Positions 12,301 to 22,973 of a stretch of DNA of 64,000 nt are shown here, in pieces (positions within the stretch are counted from its first letter, which is position 1; each line of letters opens with the position of its first letter). Below the pieces are notes generated by a model that saw nothing but the letters and a program-made list of their open reading frames with translations, was not told the origin of the DNA and did no database searches. This stretch comes from Andalucia godoyi And28 (taxonomy: Eukaryota > Protista > Jakobida), in NCBI GenBank assembly GCA_009859145.1, contig VRVR01000059.1, positions 3,145 to 67,144 on the forward strand, written 5' to 3'. A program made the position numbers and the translations under genes.

Positions 12301-13288
12301 CCGACAGGCAACCGAGAATTGTGTCGCGAAGATCGATCAGCAAACGAGGATACTCTCCCATGACGTTGCACAACCCGAGGAGACCAAGGTACTTGATGTT
12401 TGCATCTGGATCTTCAACAAAGGTTCTGAGCTTCTCGACCGCCAGGCGAACAAGACCGACTTGCGAAAGCATGCCGGTGGTGACCGTTTGAATGCATTCG
12501 AACAGCAACGAGCGAGCAGGCGTTGTGTTGATAATGTTTGTCAACGGCTCAACGAGTTTCTTGGACAGTCGTGGTTCAAGCGGTGTAAGGGAGCTCATAA
12601 GCTTGACAATCTTGATCAGGGTCCAGTTCGACTGGATGGAAGTGAGCAGCTTGAAGAAGTGCGGGGCCAGCGGAAGGTAGTTCTTCGGGTTCTTCATCGA
12701 CAACTCGCAAAGGACGTTCACAGCAGCAGAGATAACTGAGAGATCCGCGTCCTCCAGCTTCTCCTTCAGACGAGGAAACGAGGGGCGGAGGGCCTCGGGA
12801 AACTGCAAAAAGATCTTGTACAGCACCAGCACCGACTTCTTGCGGACGTATGCACGAGAATTGTTCAGCAGATTGACAATGTCGGAGCACAAATCACGCG
12901 CAAGATCCGGAGTACAAATGTTCGACAGACAATTGATTGCAACACCGATCTCGAACTGCTGTGGCGATGACAAGTCCTTCTTGAAAAGATTGGTTGTGAG
13001 CAGCATGACATCCGTGTCGGGCGAGAACATAAGCGACGCCGCGAGGTAGCCAACACGCTTCATTGCAAACCGCGAGTCTGACATGACCTCAATGACATGG
13101 AATGCAGCCCAGTCGCAGTCGTATCCAAGCATATACAAATACGTCACCTTTTGAATCGCCACGGACTTTTTCTCTTGTTGCGGAGACTTGAGCTCTTCCT
13201 TGATCTCTTGGATCGCTGTCTGGATGAACTCGGCCTCATTCTTCTTGTGAGATCGAATCCCCTTCACAAGATCCTGGAGAGAACGCAT
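9302..13288 (-). CDS. AP3D1: AP-3 complex subunit delta
   Basis: MRSLQDLVKGIRSHK, KRVGYLAAS, LLTTNLFKKDL, VRKKSVLVLYKIFLQFPEALRP, DPDANIKYLGL adaptin trunk, then a long acidic/basic linker and an ear domain. Confidence 0.96.
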   Translation of the reverse strand: MRSLQDLVKGIRSHKKNEAEFIQTAIQEIKEELKSPQQEKKSVAIQKVTYLYMLGYDCDWAAFHVIEVMSDSRFAMKRVGYLAASLMFSPDTDVMLLTTNLFKKDLSSPQQFEIGVAINCLSNICTPDLARDLCSDIVNLLNNSRAYVRKKSVLVLYKIFLQFPEALRPSFPRLKEKLEDADLSVISAAVNVLCELSMKNPKNYLPLAPHFFKLLTSIQSNWTLIKIVKLMSSLTPLEPRLSKKLVEPLTNIINTTPARSLLFECIQTVTTGMLSQVGLVRLAVEKLRTFVEDPDANIKYLGLLGLCNVMGEYPRLLIDLRDTILGCLSDTDNSIRKRAVDLVCGMVTKKNLEDVVRKLLQYVPSDPELIPKIIATCSGTNHSYPSVTDFEWYLSTLVSLLDYDGVAPYGKLIADSLLEVCLRVPTVREEAVRIMLNSVLTKKSYWEDLSPVQDAGLFEVLSVAVFIVGEYTPDVLGITESQAEGDEDEEHTDADIEKKFNRRRQFVSKVLNALSSVSIQSNLAVSSSTNGVSSPAPVGAAGSVPVSSSSSSSSSSSSSSIPIVLSPQVQSMYLLSMLKVYAAWTFFVYRKLSFKTADVARERDVVVRFCDSWKSSADVDVQERCHMVLTFLGGTSSSNNSKSGPVGNLLDSSAGDPSGDSSAFSAMMEAANLYVMFAEELNPVAAHAQEKVKVPEGLDLEQPISYSDDESDSDEDIDYDSDTYFFTGRSSANLSATAPLPLATALGTISASGGGSVVNRAADPFYLKSGPASLKTDTNVDNIPQVKLTDEDLGIDRKQKKKKRSSKKSKDDESDSDVDSEEERRRRKKKLAAKKPVIKTVEEKPDGYEEEKKESSVVKTDSKYAALDIDLSQPLKEDERLPEISAYKMTTADDVRAEMARRKSSKEERRKARRDAREVAPDTKHHRLHSDSDRDHDDEKKKKKSKKTEVEDSHVVGSDKKDKKKKERAKKENDSLLDMGNSPPPAAAASAAASSVSASAASAASADDSGKKKKKSKSKSEEIESVGPKTISPTSSLLQLSSPPTGSASQQQARSTSPTVSSPGVIPMQPFPFSIRELGSDTYLKAMLQTSVVPVDARTLTFPIVFVQAGSKKKKTVTRLTHMKLTIDEPSNVKFYPIPEFIMAGGETKTIPVTMNFKSCSKSIRTMAKLAYTLHYTSPSDGAGEHEEARELEFDVVIPMWMFFRPLPVASKEDVDKMLRGSGEENLTSVASGMISLEHPKRDVQVALRELSGLLRGHLAYANNDEVCMCAISAKDHKLVVKVRNAGNGASLKVELHSRDERVSDNLLVDVSSYFTGPSKEQKSDSKA

Positions 13289-13440
13289 CTTTGGACAAAC
13301 GAATGACCCACTTGAAAGCAATAAGAGAAAAACCGGCTATTGAAGAAGTGAAGAGAGGAAGGAAAAGAAAGAAAGAAAAGAAATGTAGCAAATCGTGAAG
13401 AAGAAGAAGAATAGGAGACAGCGGGAAAAGAGTCGAGTCC

Positions 13441-13490
13441 GAGAGTGTGTCAGAGAGTGTGTCAGAGAGAGTGTCAGAGAGTGTGTTAGA
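13441..13490. repeat. 12-bp minisatellite (GAGAGTGTGTCA)x~4
   Basis: Tandem copies seen directly upstream of AP3D1. Confidence 0.8.
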
Positions 13491-13747
13491 AAGATCCTTT
13501 TCTTACACAATTGTGTGCACTACGATGGAAAAAACATCGTGTCTTCTTCTTCCGCTGTCAGGCGAGATCGAGTGCTGTTTTAGACACACAGAGTTTGATT
13601 GCGAGATTGGTCACATTAAAAATTATTTACTGGTACATTTTAGAGGCTACGTAGCACACGAGCCTTGCTGATGAAAATGTCGCGAAAAAAGATCGGGAAG
13701 ACGAGGACAGAAACGGTGCAGGGATACGGGAGGGAGGGGGAGCCGGT

Positions 13748-14512
13748 CTACTCTTGCGTCGAATGGATGTCATCTTCGAGCTGCTGGTGCGGCAACTGAA
13801 AATCTCCGAGCTCCGAATCGGATTGTGTGCCGCTTCCTGCGGCGGATTTCGTGCTCTGGACGGTTGAAACTGCGCCGCGTGCCTTCAAGACGAAAAACGA
13901 TACGCATTGCGCAGTGCCGACGATCATTCCCATCGAGTTGGGCCATGCAATGAAGGGCTGGGACGAGATCATTCCGTATAGAAACCAAAGCGCCGAGTTA
14001 ATGAGAGCTGCAAGGCCCATTTTGAGCGGGATTGGGTCCAAGGAGACCCGGCGAAACGCAGTGTGAATGTTCAGAATCGGTGCACCGTAGAGCGCAACGA
14101 CCATAACGGACCCGACAATGCCCGAAATATCCGTGTCCACTTTGCTCTGATTCTCGGATCTCGTAAACCCGTAGATCCCAAACGAATAGCAAATGGTGGT
14201 GATCAAAAATATGAGGAAGATCATAATCTTCTTGCGCTGCTCTGGGAGCGAGTTCGCGAATATCACCAGAAAGTAGTGTGCAAGAAGCGGAACCGACGTC
14301 GCATTCACTATAAACACAATCAAGTCACGCGCTATGACGCTGTACAGCGTGTACGTCACGTTCGAAGCGACCATGAACGCAAACGGAAGCGCAGACATTC
14401 CCTTTGTGTCTTGCGTCCGATCAATCTCGCATATCGACTTCCACGGAGAATAAAACAAGAACGACGCCGTACATGCTCCCGCCAGCGAAAACACCAAAGA
14501 AAGTGCAGACAT
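13748..14512 (-). CDS. SWEET (MtN3/saliva) sugar transporter
   Basis: Two MtN3 repeats (FYSP...SALPF; LYGAP...SLDPIP...LWFLYG...WPN), 7 TM segments. Confidence 0.9.
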   Translation of the reverse strand: MSALSLVFSLAGACTASFLFYSPWKSICEIDRTQDTKGMSALPFAFMVASNVTYTLYSVIARDLIVFIVNATSVPLLAHYFLVIFANSLPEQRKKIMIFLIFLITTICYSFGIYGFTRSENQSKVDTDISGIVGSVMVVALYGAPILNIHTAFRRVSLDPIPLKMGLAALINSALWFLYGMISSQPFIAWPNSMGMIVGTAQCVSFFVLKARGAVSTVQSTKSAAGSGTQSDSELGDFQLPHQQLEDDIHSTQE

Positions 14513-14940
14513 TCCTCGTCCTTCAATTATTGCAGTGTGTCTGTCCTGTTGTTGCGGCCTTCTTTTCTTTTCTTTTTTATATTATCTTTTTTTTTTCCCG
14601 AGAAGGAAGCCAAGAGATGCGCTGATGTGCAGTCCAGTTCCGTCGTACAAGGATTTCGCTGGTTGATGAGTGATCAAGGGTGATGAGGAATCACTTGATT
14701 CTAGATCATTCCTCCTCGGGCTTTCCCCACTGCACGCTGACTGTAGTGCACGGTTGTTTTGTTTTGGTTTTTTGGCGCCTTTTTGCTGCTCCCAAGAGCG
14801 CGTGTTTTTTGGGGGTTTTTTGGTTTTTTGTGGTTTGTTTTTCAGTTTTGTTAAAAAAGCAGAAAGGAAGAAGATAAAAAAAGAGAGGTGGTGCGTAGGC
14901 AGTAAGAGATTTTGATTTTGGATCCGTTATTGTCTGCGGG

Positions 14941-15543
14941 ATGGACGGCGATTCGTTTGTTCCTGGTGCGCGAGCAGCGAGTTTGCTGCGCGACACTGTG
15001 CGTTCGTGCACGCTGCCTGCGTATGCGGACCATGAGCTTGAGCTTGTGCTGAAAGAGATTGGCGCGATGCATGGAGAGCTTTCGCATAGCTTTGCACAGT
15101 GGAGCGAGTGCACAGACGCGACTGAGAAGTTTGATTATACGACTGCGGTGGTTGTGAACGACTCGATTATTCGTAGAAACAAGCGCTGTGTGATGGCGTA
15201 CTTGCACTATCGATGCAGGGTGCTGCAGGCTGCGCGGTGGTCGCTGGGAAGAGCACTGCCAGAGGAGCTGAGGCAGAACATGAGTCGGCCGGAAGCCGCG
15301 TTCTTTCAGCAATACAGCGATCTGCTATCCAGGTTTTTTGCGGATATTCAGCTGGACTTGACAGTCGACCAGCTGCCTCCGCGCGGCGTGCATATCTCTG
15401 TCCGCGTTGGCCAGGAAGACTGCGGAACCATCGAAACGGAAGACGGGCCGCTGCATCTGCGGCCGTATGCCGTAGTCCGTACTCGAAGACAGTACGTAGA
15501 ACACTTCATCCGCCAAGGAAAGATGCAGCAGGTCATCCTCTGA
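14941..15543 (+). CDS. GINS1: GINS complex subunit Psf1
   Basis: RNKRCVMAYLHYR, LPEELRQNMSRPEAAFFQQYSDLL, LDLTVDQLPP, VEHFIRQG motifs. Confidence 0.93.
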   Translation: MDGDSFVPGARAASLLRDTVRSCTLPAYADHELELVLKEIGAMHGELSHSFAQWSECTDATEKFDYTTAVVVNDSIIRRNKRCVMAYLHYRCRVLQAARWSLGRALPEELRQNMSRPEAAFFQQYSDLLSRFFADIQLDLTVDQLPPRGVHISVRVGQEDCGTIETEDGPLHLRPYAVVRTRRQYVEHFIRQGKMQQVIL

Positions 15544-15991
15544 CTGCGCCGTCTCGTTTCCCCAGAAAGAAAGAAAACAAGGACTAACGCCAGTCAGTGT
15601 CCGAGCAAGGCGCCGAATGATGGATGCAACGAACTGCAAAACAAAAACAAAAAACCCGTGGAATTCGGTGGTAGTCTTCGGGCTTGTTTTTTCCAAGTTT
15701 CGCCGTGCATTTGCTTTTTCTTGCTGCACGCGGCTTCGGCTTGCGACTGTTGCTCCACATTTATTATTATTATTATTATTTTATATAGTGTTTATTTTGC
15801 AGAATGGGGCAATGGGATCTGCCAGATAATCAGCCATGGACGGCGCATCGATTGCTATCTCGACGACTCGCCACGTATGCCGCAGACAAGTAATTCGTTA
15901 TTTTAATTCATAATTTTTTTTTTAAATAATAATTTTTTTTAAAAACACATGCATCGTTTGTCGCAGCACACATCCATGCAAAGCTCGAGCA

Positions 15992-17293
15992 CTACTCTGC
16001 ATTCGAAGCGTCTTCCATGGTTGTGAGAGTGGACCCATCGGACAAGGGCGACAGAGCTTCCTCGGGTGCACAAGCTGGACTATGGCCATCTACTTGCTCA
16101 ACACCCTCGGCATACTCTGCGTCTGCCCTGCTCTCTTTCTCTTGATCTTCTTCTTCTTTCTCCTCTTCCTTTCCTTCCACCACCACCACTGGGGCTGCTG
16201 CCTCGTCTGGTAGGCTGCTGCTGGCGAGGATGCTTGGTTGCGGCCGGGTGTCGAGAACGGTTGGTTGCGTGGCCTCGTTCGTCTGCAGAGCCTCCTTGAT
16301 CGCCGGCACCGGCTCCGGCTCCGGCTCCTGATCCCGTTGTGGGTGCGGTTCCTCGACGGCGGGTGAGCCGGATGCGAGTGCTGATTTTTCGTGTTCGATT
16401 TCCGTTTCCATTCTTCGCAGATGGACGTTCACAAGCATGCAAAACTCTTCCGACTCTTCGATCCACGGCCACGGTCCCCCGTGCTTCATGACAGCTCTCG
16501 CCAGCCCGTCCTCCCACCATGCGACCATTTCTTCTCGGACGACCGGTGGAATCGACATATCATCCAGCGTCTCAATGGACGTGACTCGCGACGGATTGAG
16601 AATCGGCGCTTGTGTCATCATGGGAAACTCTGTAGTGTGGAGCGTGATTCTACACGCTAGCTCCTCCTGCGTCATGGCCTCCAGCGCATGGACCATGAAC
16701 TCCACCGAGTACTCAAAAGGCTGTTCGGCCACGGCCGCCTTGGAGCCCTGTGTCTGTGCCGGCTGCGGAAACCTCTTCAGCAGCGCGCGCTTCAAAATGA
16801 ACCCGGGAGTCACACGCACCAGATCGACGCACGATGCCGTATTTCGAAACTCCGTGACGGACGCAAACGAATTGGCAATTACGAGCGACAGCACCTTTTG
16901 CGGCCGAGTCTGCGCGTACACCTGCGCAAGAAATCCTCCGAGGCCCACTCCGAGGATATGGAACTCCAGCAGCCGCAGTCCTTGGCTGGACGTAAGAAAC
17001 GCCTCCAGCGATGCAATGCAGCATTCGAGGTCATACACCGGTGGCGGCGTCACACACACCACCCGATGCCCATGCGATGCAAGAGTCGGTGCAATCTTGA
17101 AGAACTGCTCGCCGCCGCCAATCACTCCAGGAAGACAAACTACCGTAGATGGACAATCGACAGTCGCCACATATCCGGGAGGCTTCACATCATAGTACGA
17201 ATACGACGCTTCAAACGGCCGTGAAAGCGTGATCGTCGTCAGCGAATATGTCGACCGAAACCTCCGGAACCCTTCGTCCTTGAACTTTGACAT
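15992..17293 (-). CDS. SPG21: Maspardin-like alpha/beta-hydrolase fold protein with acidic tail
   Basis: VVCLPGVIGG, ILGVGLGGFLAQ (non-Ser nucleophile elbow), VLSLVIANSF, MKHGGPWPW. Start MSKFKDEG at 17293. Confidence 0.8.
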   Translation of the reverse strand: MSKFKDEGFRRFRSTYSLTTITLSRPFEASYSYYDVKPPGYVATVDCPSTVVCLPGVIGGGEQFFKIAPTLASHGHRVVCVTPPPVYDLECCIASLEAFLTSSQGLRLLEFHILGVGLGGFLAQVYAQTRPQKVLSLVIANSFASVTEFRNTASCVDLVRVTPGFILKRALLKRFPQPAQTQGSKAAVAEQPFEYSVEFMVHALEAMTQEELACRITLHTTEFPMMTQAPILNPSRVTSIETLDDMSIPPVVREEMVAWWEDGLARAVMKHGGPWPWIEESEEFCMLVNVHLRRMETEIEHEKSALASGSPAVEEPHPQRDQEPEPEPVPAIKEALQTNEATQPTVLDTRPQPSILASSSLPDEAAAPVVVVEGKEEEKEEEDQEKESRADAEYAEGVEQVDGHSPACAPEEALSPLSDGSTLTTMEDASNAE

Positions 17294-17478
17294 TGTCAGT
17301 TTTCTTTTCTTTTTCTTTTTAATTATTGTTTTTTTTGGTCCTCCTCTTCCTTCTGCCTTTGTTGTTCTTCTTCGCCGGGAAAAAAAAATCTCTCTTCTTT
17401 TCTCCGTCAGTGAGTGAGTAAATAAGCCTGTATATTCATGGCACGAAAAAACGGAAACTGCGGAGATGATGATCATCG

Positions 17479-17522
17479 TCAACGACTCAACGACTCAACA
17501 ACTCAACAACTCAACGACTCAA
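17479..17522. repeat. 8-bp tandem repeat (TCAACGAC/TCAACAAC)x5.5
   Basis: Seen directly in the divergent intergenic region. Confidence 0.85.
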
Positions 17523-17932
17523 TGAGAAAATGGATTTCAGAGCGGTCGTAGAAGGGGGAGGGGAGAGCCAGTCGTGTATTTTGGGAGCGAACTCGAAGAG
17601 ACCTTTTTTTGGAGTGTCATTTTGGAAATGTCAGTGGGGTGTCATCCACAACAACTGTATTGTTGGTGAAGGGGGGGCTGTGCCTTCCCCTCTCTCAGTG
17701 TCCGCCTTCTTGTCCTTTCTGTGCTCTTTTTTTTTTTCATTCTCTCTACGAAAAAGGAGGTGGGGGAAAACAAAATCAAAATCAAAATCAAAATCAAAAT
17801 CAAAGAGAGAAAAGAGGACGAGGACGAGGACCAGAAGAAAAAAAGCACGCAAGTGAGACAAGCACGAAAAAAGGACGAGATTTTATTGTTATTATATTAT
17901 TATTTTTTTTAAAACAGCACGAAAACCTAATC

Positions 17933-18964
17933 ATGACATTCTCTACGCTGGTTGAAAAGATTCTTTCAAAGCACACGGAAGCCGATGTGCGAGTTCCGGC
18001 AGTGATTTCGATCCAGACGACATCGCACTTGGATGCGGCCTTCCAGCTTCTTTCGGACCGCAAGATCCGATCTGCACCGGTGTTTGATCCGACGACAGGA
18101 AAGTACATTGGGTTTCTGGACACGGCAGATATGATTGCGCTTGTGGTGCGTCTGTTTGTCGACTCGCCACCTGCCGACGGTGCGCCCTCGTCACATGCGT
18201 ACCACGACCTGCACCATGCACTGTCACATGCATCCAAGTTGTACCTGATGTCCGCATCGCAGATCACGGATCTGTCCAAGGAAAATCCGTTTGTGCCGCT
18301 TGCGCCCAATGTCTCGCTTTACGAAGTTGCAAAGGTCATGGCAACCGGAATCCACCGCGTGCCGATCGTCGACGAGAAGGGAGCGCTTGTGAACGTGGTT
18401 ACCCAGTCGGCGCTCGTCAAGTTCCTGGTGTCGCATCTTAATGTCCATCTGCACTCGGCGTCCTCCACCTCGTCGGTTGCGTCGGTAGAAACGTCCACGT
18501 CCGACGACAATGGTAAGGAGCAGTGGGAAGATTTGCAGTTGGACGAGTCCGTCGGCTCGCTCAAGCTTGGGGTCAGAAAGGTGATCTGTGTATCGGGAGA
18601 AGATCGCACGGTCGATGCGTTCGCAACAATGCTCAAGAACCACATTTCTGCAATCGCAGTCCTCGACGAAGCAGGCAAGATCATGGGCAACGTGTCCAAC
18701 TCGGACATCCGTGTGCTCTGCGATCCGTCTGCAATGCCCCTCATCACCGGCCCCGTTGCCCAGTTCATCTCGCACATCCGACAGGCGGATCTGTCCACGC
18801 GATACCCGTCCATCTCCGTGAGACTTGGAACCACGCTCAGGCAAACGCTGGCCAAGCTCGTTGCGACGGGAATTCACAGAATCTACGTCATCGACGACCA
18901 CTCAAGACCTATCGGAGTCATCAGTCTCACCGATGTCTTCCGGTTCGCTGTGCACCCCCAGTAG
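17933..18964 (+). CDS. Four-CBS-domain protein (AMPK gamma/Sds23-like)
   Basis: IRSAPVFD...YIGFLDTAD, IHRVPIVD...VVTQS, ISAIAVLD...GNVSNSD, IHRIYVID...GVISLTD. Confidence 0.9.
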   Translation: MTFSTLVEKILSKHTEADVRVPAVISIQTTSHLDAAFQLLSDRKIRSAPVFDPTTGKYIGFLDTADMIALVVRLFVDSPPADGAPSSHAYHDLHHALSHASKLYLMSASQITDLSKENPFVPLAPNVSLYEVAKVMATGIHRVPIVDEKGALVNVVTQSALVKFLVSHLNVHLHSASSTSSVASVETSTSDDNGKEQWEDLQLDESVGSLKLGVRKVICVSGEDRTVDAFATMLKNHISAIAVLDEAGKIMGNVSNSDIRVLCDPSAMPLITGPVAQFISHIRQADLSTRYPSISVRLGTTLRQTLAKLVATGIHRIYVIDDHSRPIGVISLTDVFRFAVHPQ

Positions 18965-19790
18965 CCCAAACCCGAACGCTAGCAACCGCAGCCATACTCG
19001 GGCGTTGCTGCCACAGTCAATCACACACATCACTGCATTTGACAAGAGAAGAGGAAGAAGAAAGAGAAGAAAAAAAGAAAGGGGAAAAAAAAGAAGTAGT
19101 GAAATGAAGGGACGAGTAGCAAGGAATGAATGTGAGAAGACAGAGAGAGAGAGAGAGACGCGTATAGTAATTAAAAATAAAAATAAAAAGAGTTTGATCG
19201 ATGGAATTTTGGGAATAAGAGCTGTATTTGTCTGTCTCTCGCCAAAACATGAATTGTTATTGATCATCGGCTGAGCGACAGATCCAAGCCACATGTTTTT
19301 AGTGTTTTTTATTTGGGGGTGAGCACAAACTCTTCAATGCAGATCGCTTTGCATCAAAGGGTCATCGCAACCTACATATATTCCCCAATCGATTCAACAT
19401 TCAAAAAAATGAACGTTGGCGGGAACAGAATGTGGTCGGCGGTGGAGCCCATCGCGCCTGGCGACGACGCATTTTTCTTTGTTTATTCTTGTTCTCTGAC
19501 TTGAAAGCACATTCCGAACGCAGTCGATCACATCTTCGTGATTTGATGATCACTAGCTTGCTCAGCAAGAACAGGAAACAGCAGAAAGAGAGGGTAAGCG
19601 GAGAATGAAGAAATTCTGGGCTTGACTACGGTAAGGAAAATCGTACCCCCTTGCATTGTTTGATGATCATGCCTGCCGTAGATAAGAGGATAGCTTAGGA
19701 CGGGAGAGGATTGTACTTGATCCATTACGACGACGACAGTATGCATGCTGGTATTCCCTTTTGCCGCTGTTCATTGAGCGACGAGAGAGG

Positions 19791-20705
19791 ATGTTGCTGT
19801 TGAAAGGGCAATCGCCGTTTTTCCGGACGCAGTGGGCGCGAGCAAGGAAGCTGGCACGCCAAGTGATCGCGGAGGAGACGGCGCCGCGTCCGTACGTGCC
19901 TGTGCGAGCGCAAGCGCCGGAGCTTGGGATGCGAGAGTATGCAGAGATGCGGCGTCTGCACCGCGCGGTCGCGACTGCATTCCCCGCGAAACGGCTTGCG
20001 GTGATGTACCACACGACCGAGGAACACGTGGGCCGCGTGCTGGACATGGACGAGCGCAAATTCCAGGAGACATATGTGCAGCCGTTTCTGCAGCGCATGT
20101 ATCTACGGACGTTGTCGTTTCGGCAGCAGGACGATCTGCTCAACGAGTTTCGGACGCTGCGGTCGCGGTCCAGATTCTTATACGACCGGTTCGTGAAGGC
20201 TAAGCAGGAGTGTGCGGCTCAGCGCGGAAAAGTGCTCGGGGCGTCCGCCGTGCACACGGAACCGGCCCAATCACACTATGCCCCCGAAGTGCCAGTACAG
20301 CAGACAGAACTTGCAGAAATGAGAAGAGCGCTGCCGGACGGAGACGCGTTCATGGACCAGGGCCTGCGCGTTCACAAGGACGACAGAACTGTTGTTGCAG
20401 AATACGATTTCTCAAGATCCTTTGCAGAGTTCCGGGCGTTTTTGGAAATGCATCCGCACGTGCGAGAGCTCGGGTACGACGGACCCCAGCACCAGCACCA
20501 GCACCAGCACCAGCACCAGCAACCGAAAGAGGGAGCGGAAGAGGAGCACGATCCTGCGTCGGTAGAATCAACTGAGGGTGCCGGCTTTGCTGGCGGCGCA
20601 CAGGAAACCCTCGTAGGCGATCGTGCCCACAACGACGGCTGCGAGTCGCCGCAGCGTTCCGAAGCGTCTGCGTTTCGAGACGATGTACGATCGTTTTTCC
20701 AGTAG
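19791..20705 (+). CDS. Hypothetical protein with Arg-rich N-terminus (possible mitochondrial presequence) and HQ repeat
   Basis: 304-aa ORF; N-terminus MLLLKGQSPFFRTQWARARKLAR is basic and lacks acidic residues. Confidence 0.7.
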   Translation: MLLLKGQSPFFRTQWARARKLARQVIAEETAPRPYVPVRAQAPELGMREYAEMRRLHRAVATAFPAKRLAVMYHTTEEHVGRVLDMDERKFQETYVQPFLQRMYLRTLSFRQQDDLLNEFRTLRSRSRFLYDRFVKAKQECAAQRGKVLGASAVHTEPAQSHYAPEVPVQQTELAEMRRALPDGDAFMDQGLRVHKDDRTVVAEYDFSRSFAEFRAFLEMHPHVRELGYDGPQHQHQHQHQHQQPKEGAEEEHDPASVESTEGAGFAGGAQETLVGDRAHNDGCESPQRSEASAFRDDVRSFFQ

Positions 20706-20931
20706 GCTTTTAAGAGCTATCGGTTGTTGCATCACTTGATGCCCCGCCGTCCCGGGAAAAAGAAAACTCGTGTCTCCGAGCACGATTTCGCATGAATTCC
20801 CATCGATGGTCATTCTCGCTTTCCCTTCTTATTTTTCCTGTCTTTTCTGACGTTTCAGGCTTCCTTTTTTAAAACGGAGAGAAGCTGTGGCGAAGCGGGG
20901 TGGGTGCGGACTGTGGAGCGCGTAAGAGACA

Positions 20932-21432
20932 ATGTTCTGCGACGGAGGAGATGCAGACTTTTCGTCGCCTCTTGTTCCTACGTTTGACATTCGATGTCTC
21001 GCTGTTTCGGCGGCGGAATACGACCCGTTCCAGCTCTTGATTTCTGCACATGAGATGCCGGAAGCGGTAGAAAGGATCGTATCAGCTGAAAAATGCCGGG
21101 CGCAGAGCGCAATCACGAAGGTGTATTCTTCGCCGGAGAAGAGTACTGCAGTCGTTGAAAATAATAGGACTGGCAAGCGCCGAAAGAATGAACATGAGGA
21201 CGCGTGCCAGGATGACGATTTTGTAGAGGAAGATGTGTATGGACAGAGAATGTGTCCAAAACCAAAGACGCCGTTTCGGCGAGTGGTTGTCCCGGATCCC
21301 AAGACGCGCAAGCTTGTCGCCAGGAAACTCAAGGCTGTGGCGCAGTACGCGATGCAGGCAACTCCACAAAGGAGGCCTTTTTTTTCTCACGCCAGCACCG
21401 GAATCAAAGACCAGCCTAAAATGAAAGATTAA
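20932..21432 (+). CDS. Hypothetical protein (166 aa)
   Basis: ATG-started ORF between AT-rich spacers. Confidence 0.6.
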   Translation: MFCDGGDADFSSPLVPTFDIRCLAVSAAEYDPFQLLISAHEMPEAVERIVSAEKCRAQSAITKVYSSPEKSTAVVENNRTGKRRKNEHEDACQDDDFVEEDVYGQRMCPKPKTPFRRVVVPDPKTRKLVARKLKAVAQYAMQATPQRRPFFSHASTGIKDQPKMKD

Positions 21433-21460
21433 AGCGGTATCATGTCATCATCATCAACAG

Positions 21461-21461
21461 C

Positions 21462-21524
<63 letters not shown>
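21461..21524. repeat. (CAA)n microsatellite
   Basis: Direct observation; lies between two convergent 3' ends. Confidence 0.95.
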
Positions 21525-21525
<1 letters not shown>

Positions 21526-21617
21526 TCATCATCAACAACAGCAACATTTATGTCGTCATCCGTGTGGGAGAGAAAATGCAACTTTTCATTTTATGAAGCA
21601 CAGGATTGCTTTTCGCG

Positions 21618-22630
21618 TCAGTGGTGGTTCTTTTCGACGTGCGACATCCATCCGTATCGTGTGATCAAGCTGGACAAGAATGATATGAGACCGAAAAAGA
21701 CGATTGCACCAAACAAGGGCATCATGTCCTTTTCTGCAGACCTTTCTGGGCTGAGAATGAATGTCGGATGCTCCAGTCTTGGCTGTGAGAGCTGTTGCTG
21801 CTGTCTTCTTTCGCCGATGCCCAGCAGTCTTCCCGTTTCCTCGCTGTCTCCCTTGTATTTTGAGCTGACTGTGGCGTTGCAGGACTCCATGTTTCGAATC
21901 GAAGTCTTGATGTCCAAGTTTTTGCGTTCGTGGAAGATCATGCAACAGACAAACACCTGGAATGCGAAACCCCATACAAACCAAGCCCAGAGATTGTTCA
22001 TGTCATCGTATCCATACACGAGCGCCGGGTCCACATGCAGGGTGATGGATCCCAGCAGCAGCGTCACACCTGCATCGACAAACACAAAGTAGACTGGAGT
22101 CCGCGTCGAATAGATGTACAGGCAGATTGCCAGGCATGTTCCCACCGATACCTGCCCAATTGTGTGGTAGCCAAGTGCCACTCGCTCTTCGCACACAAAA
22201 AACACAAGCAACACTGCGGTTACGATCGACAGCAATCGGTTCCCCGGCAGCCTTGATGCAAACCATCGTCCCAGCGAAGAAGATGAAGACGACGAGGAAG
22301 AGGCAACGTTTGAAACAAATCCGCCAATGACGTTGTGGTCCACAATGTATGCCGCAAGCAGCGCTCCCGCCATTGCATCGCCTGAAGGCATTCCGTAGAT
22401 AGACCCGATCTTTGCGCCGTTGCACTCGCATGGCCGGTGTTGCCGGAAGACCGCGTAGAGCGCCACGCCCAGGCACAGCGAGTAGCACATCCGATGCAGA
22501 TAGTGCAGCGCCGCAGCGATTGGAACTGTTGCTCGATGCGTCCCAACCCGCGCCCCGCTCTTCCTGTCCCGATCCTCGGACAGCTGTGCAAGTACTGACG
22601 TCGTCATCATCGTCGTCGAAGCAGTGGTAG

Positions 22631-22669
<39 letters not shown>

Positions 22670-22973
22670 CTGCTGCTGCTGCACTGGAAAAGGCGGCCGG
22701 GATCGCGAACTTTGTCTGGCGAACGTACAGGTAGATGCACAGGAACAGAGCCACGATGGCCTGTGTCCGAGGATTCACGTACTGCGCGATAAAGTTCGCG
22801 ACTACGGTCCAGAACCCAGACTCGCGCTCCTTGCGACACGCATTCAGAAACGAAGAGTCGTTTTGGTTGTCGCATGACAGCGTCGGCACGTCGTCCGCTC
22901 GCACACCGTCAATCGGTGATGCCGTGAGAAACACCACAAGGCAAAACACAATCCACAAACTCCGCTCCGCCAT
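21618..22973 (-). CDS. PAP2-superfamily membrane phosphatase-like protein (dolichyldiphosphatase-like, divergent active site)
   Basis: Signal peptide, FRQHRP (C1), YGMPSGDA (C2), ERVALGYHTIGQV (C3) and multiple TM segments. Confidence 0.75.

Noticed and set aside
14680-14741. Possible C/D snoRNA (GTGATGA...CTGA)
   Set aside because: No terminal stem, and no antisense element could be verified.
19500-19560. U1-like words on the minus strand (ATCACGAAG, GACTGCGTTCG)
   Set aside because: The blocks are only ~9 nt apart instead of ~100, and there is no ATACTTACC 5' end or Sm site.
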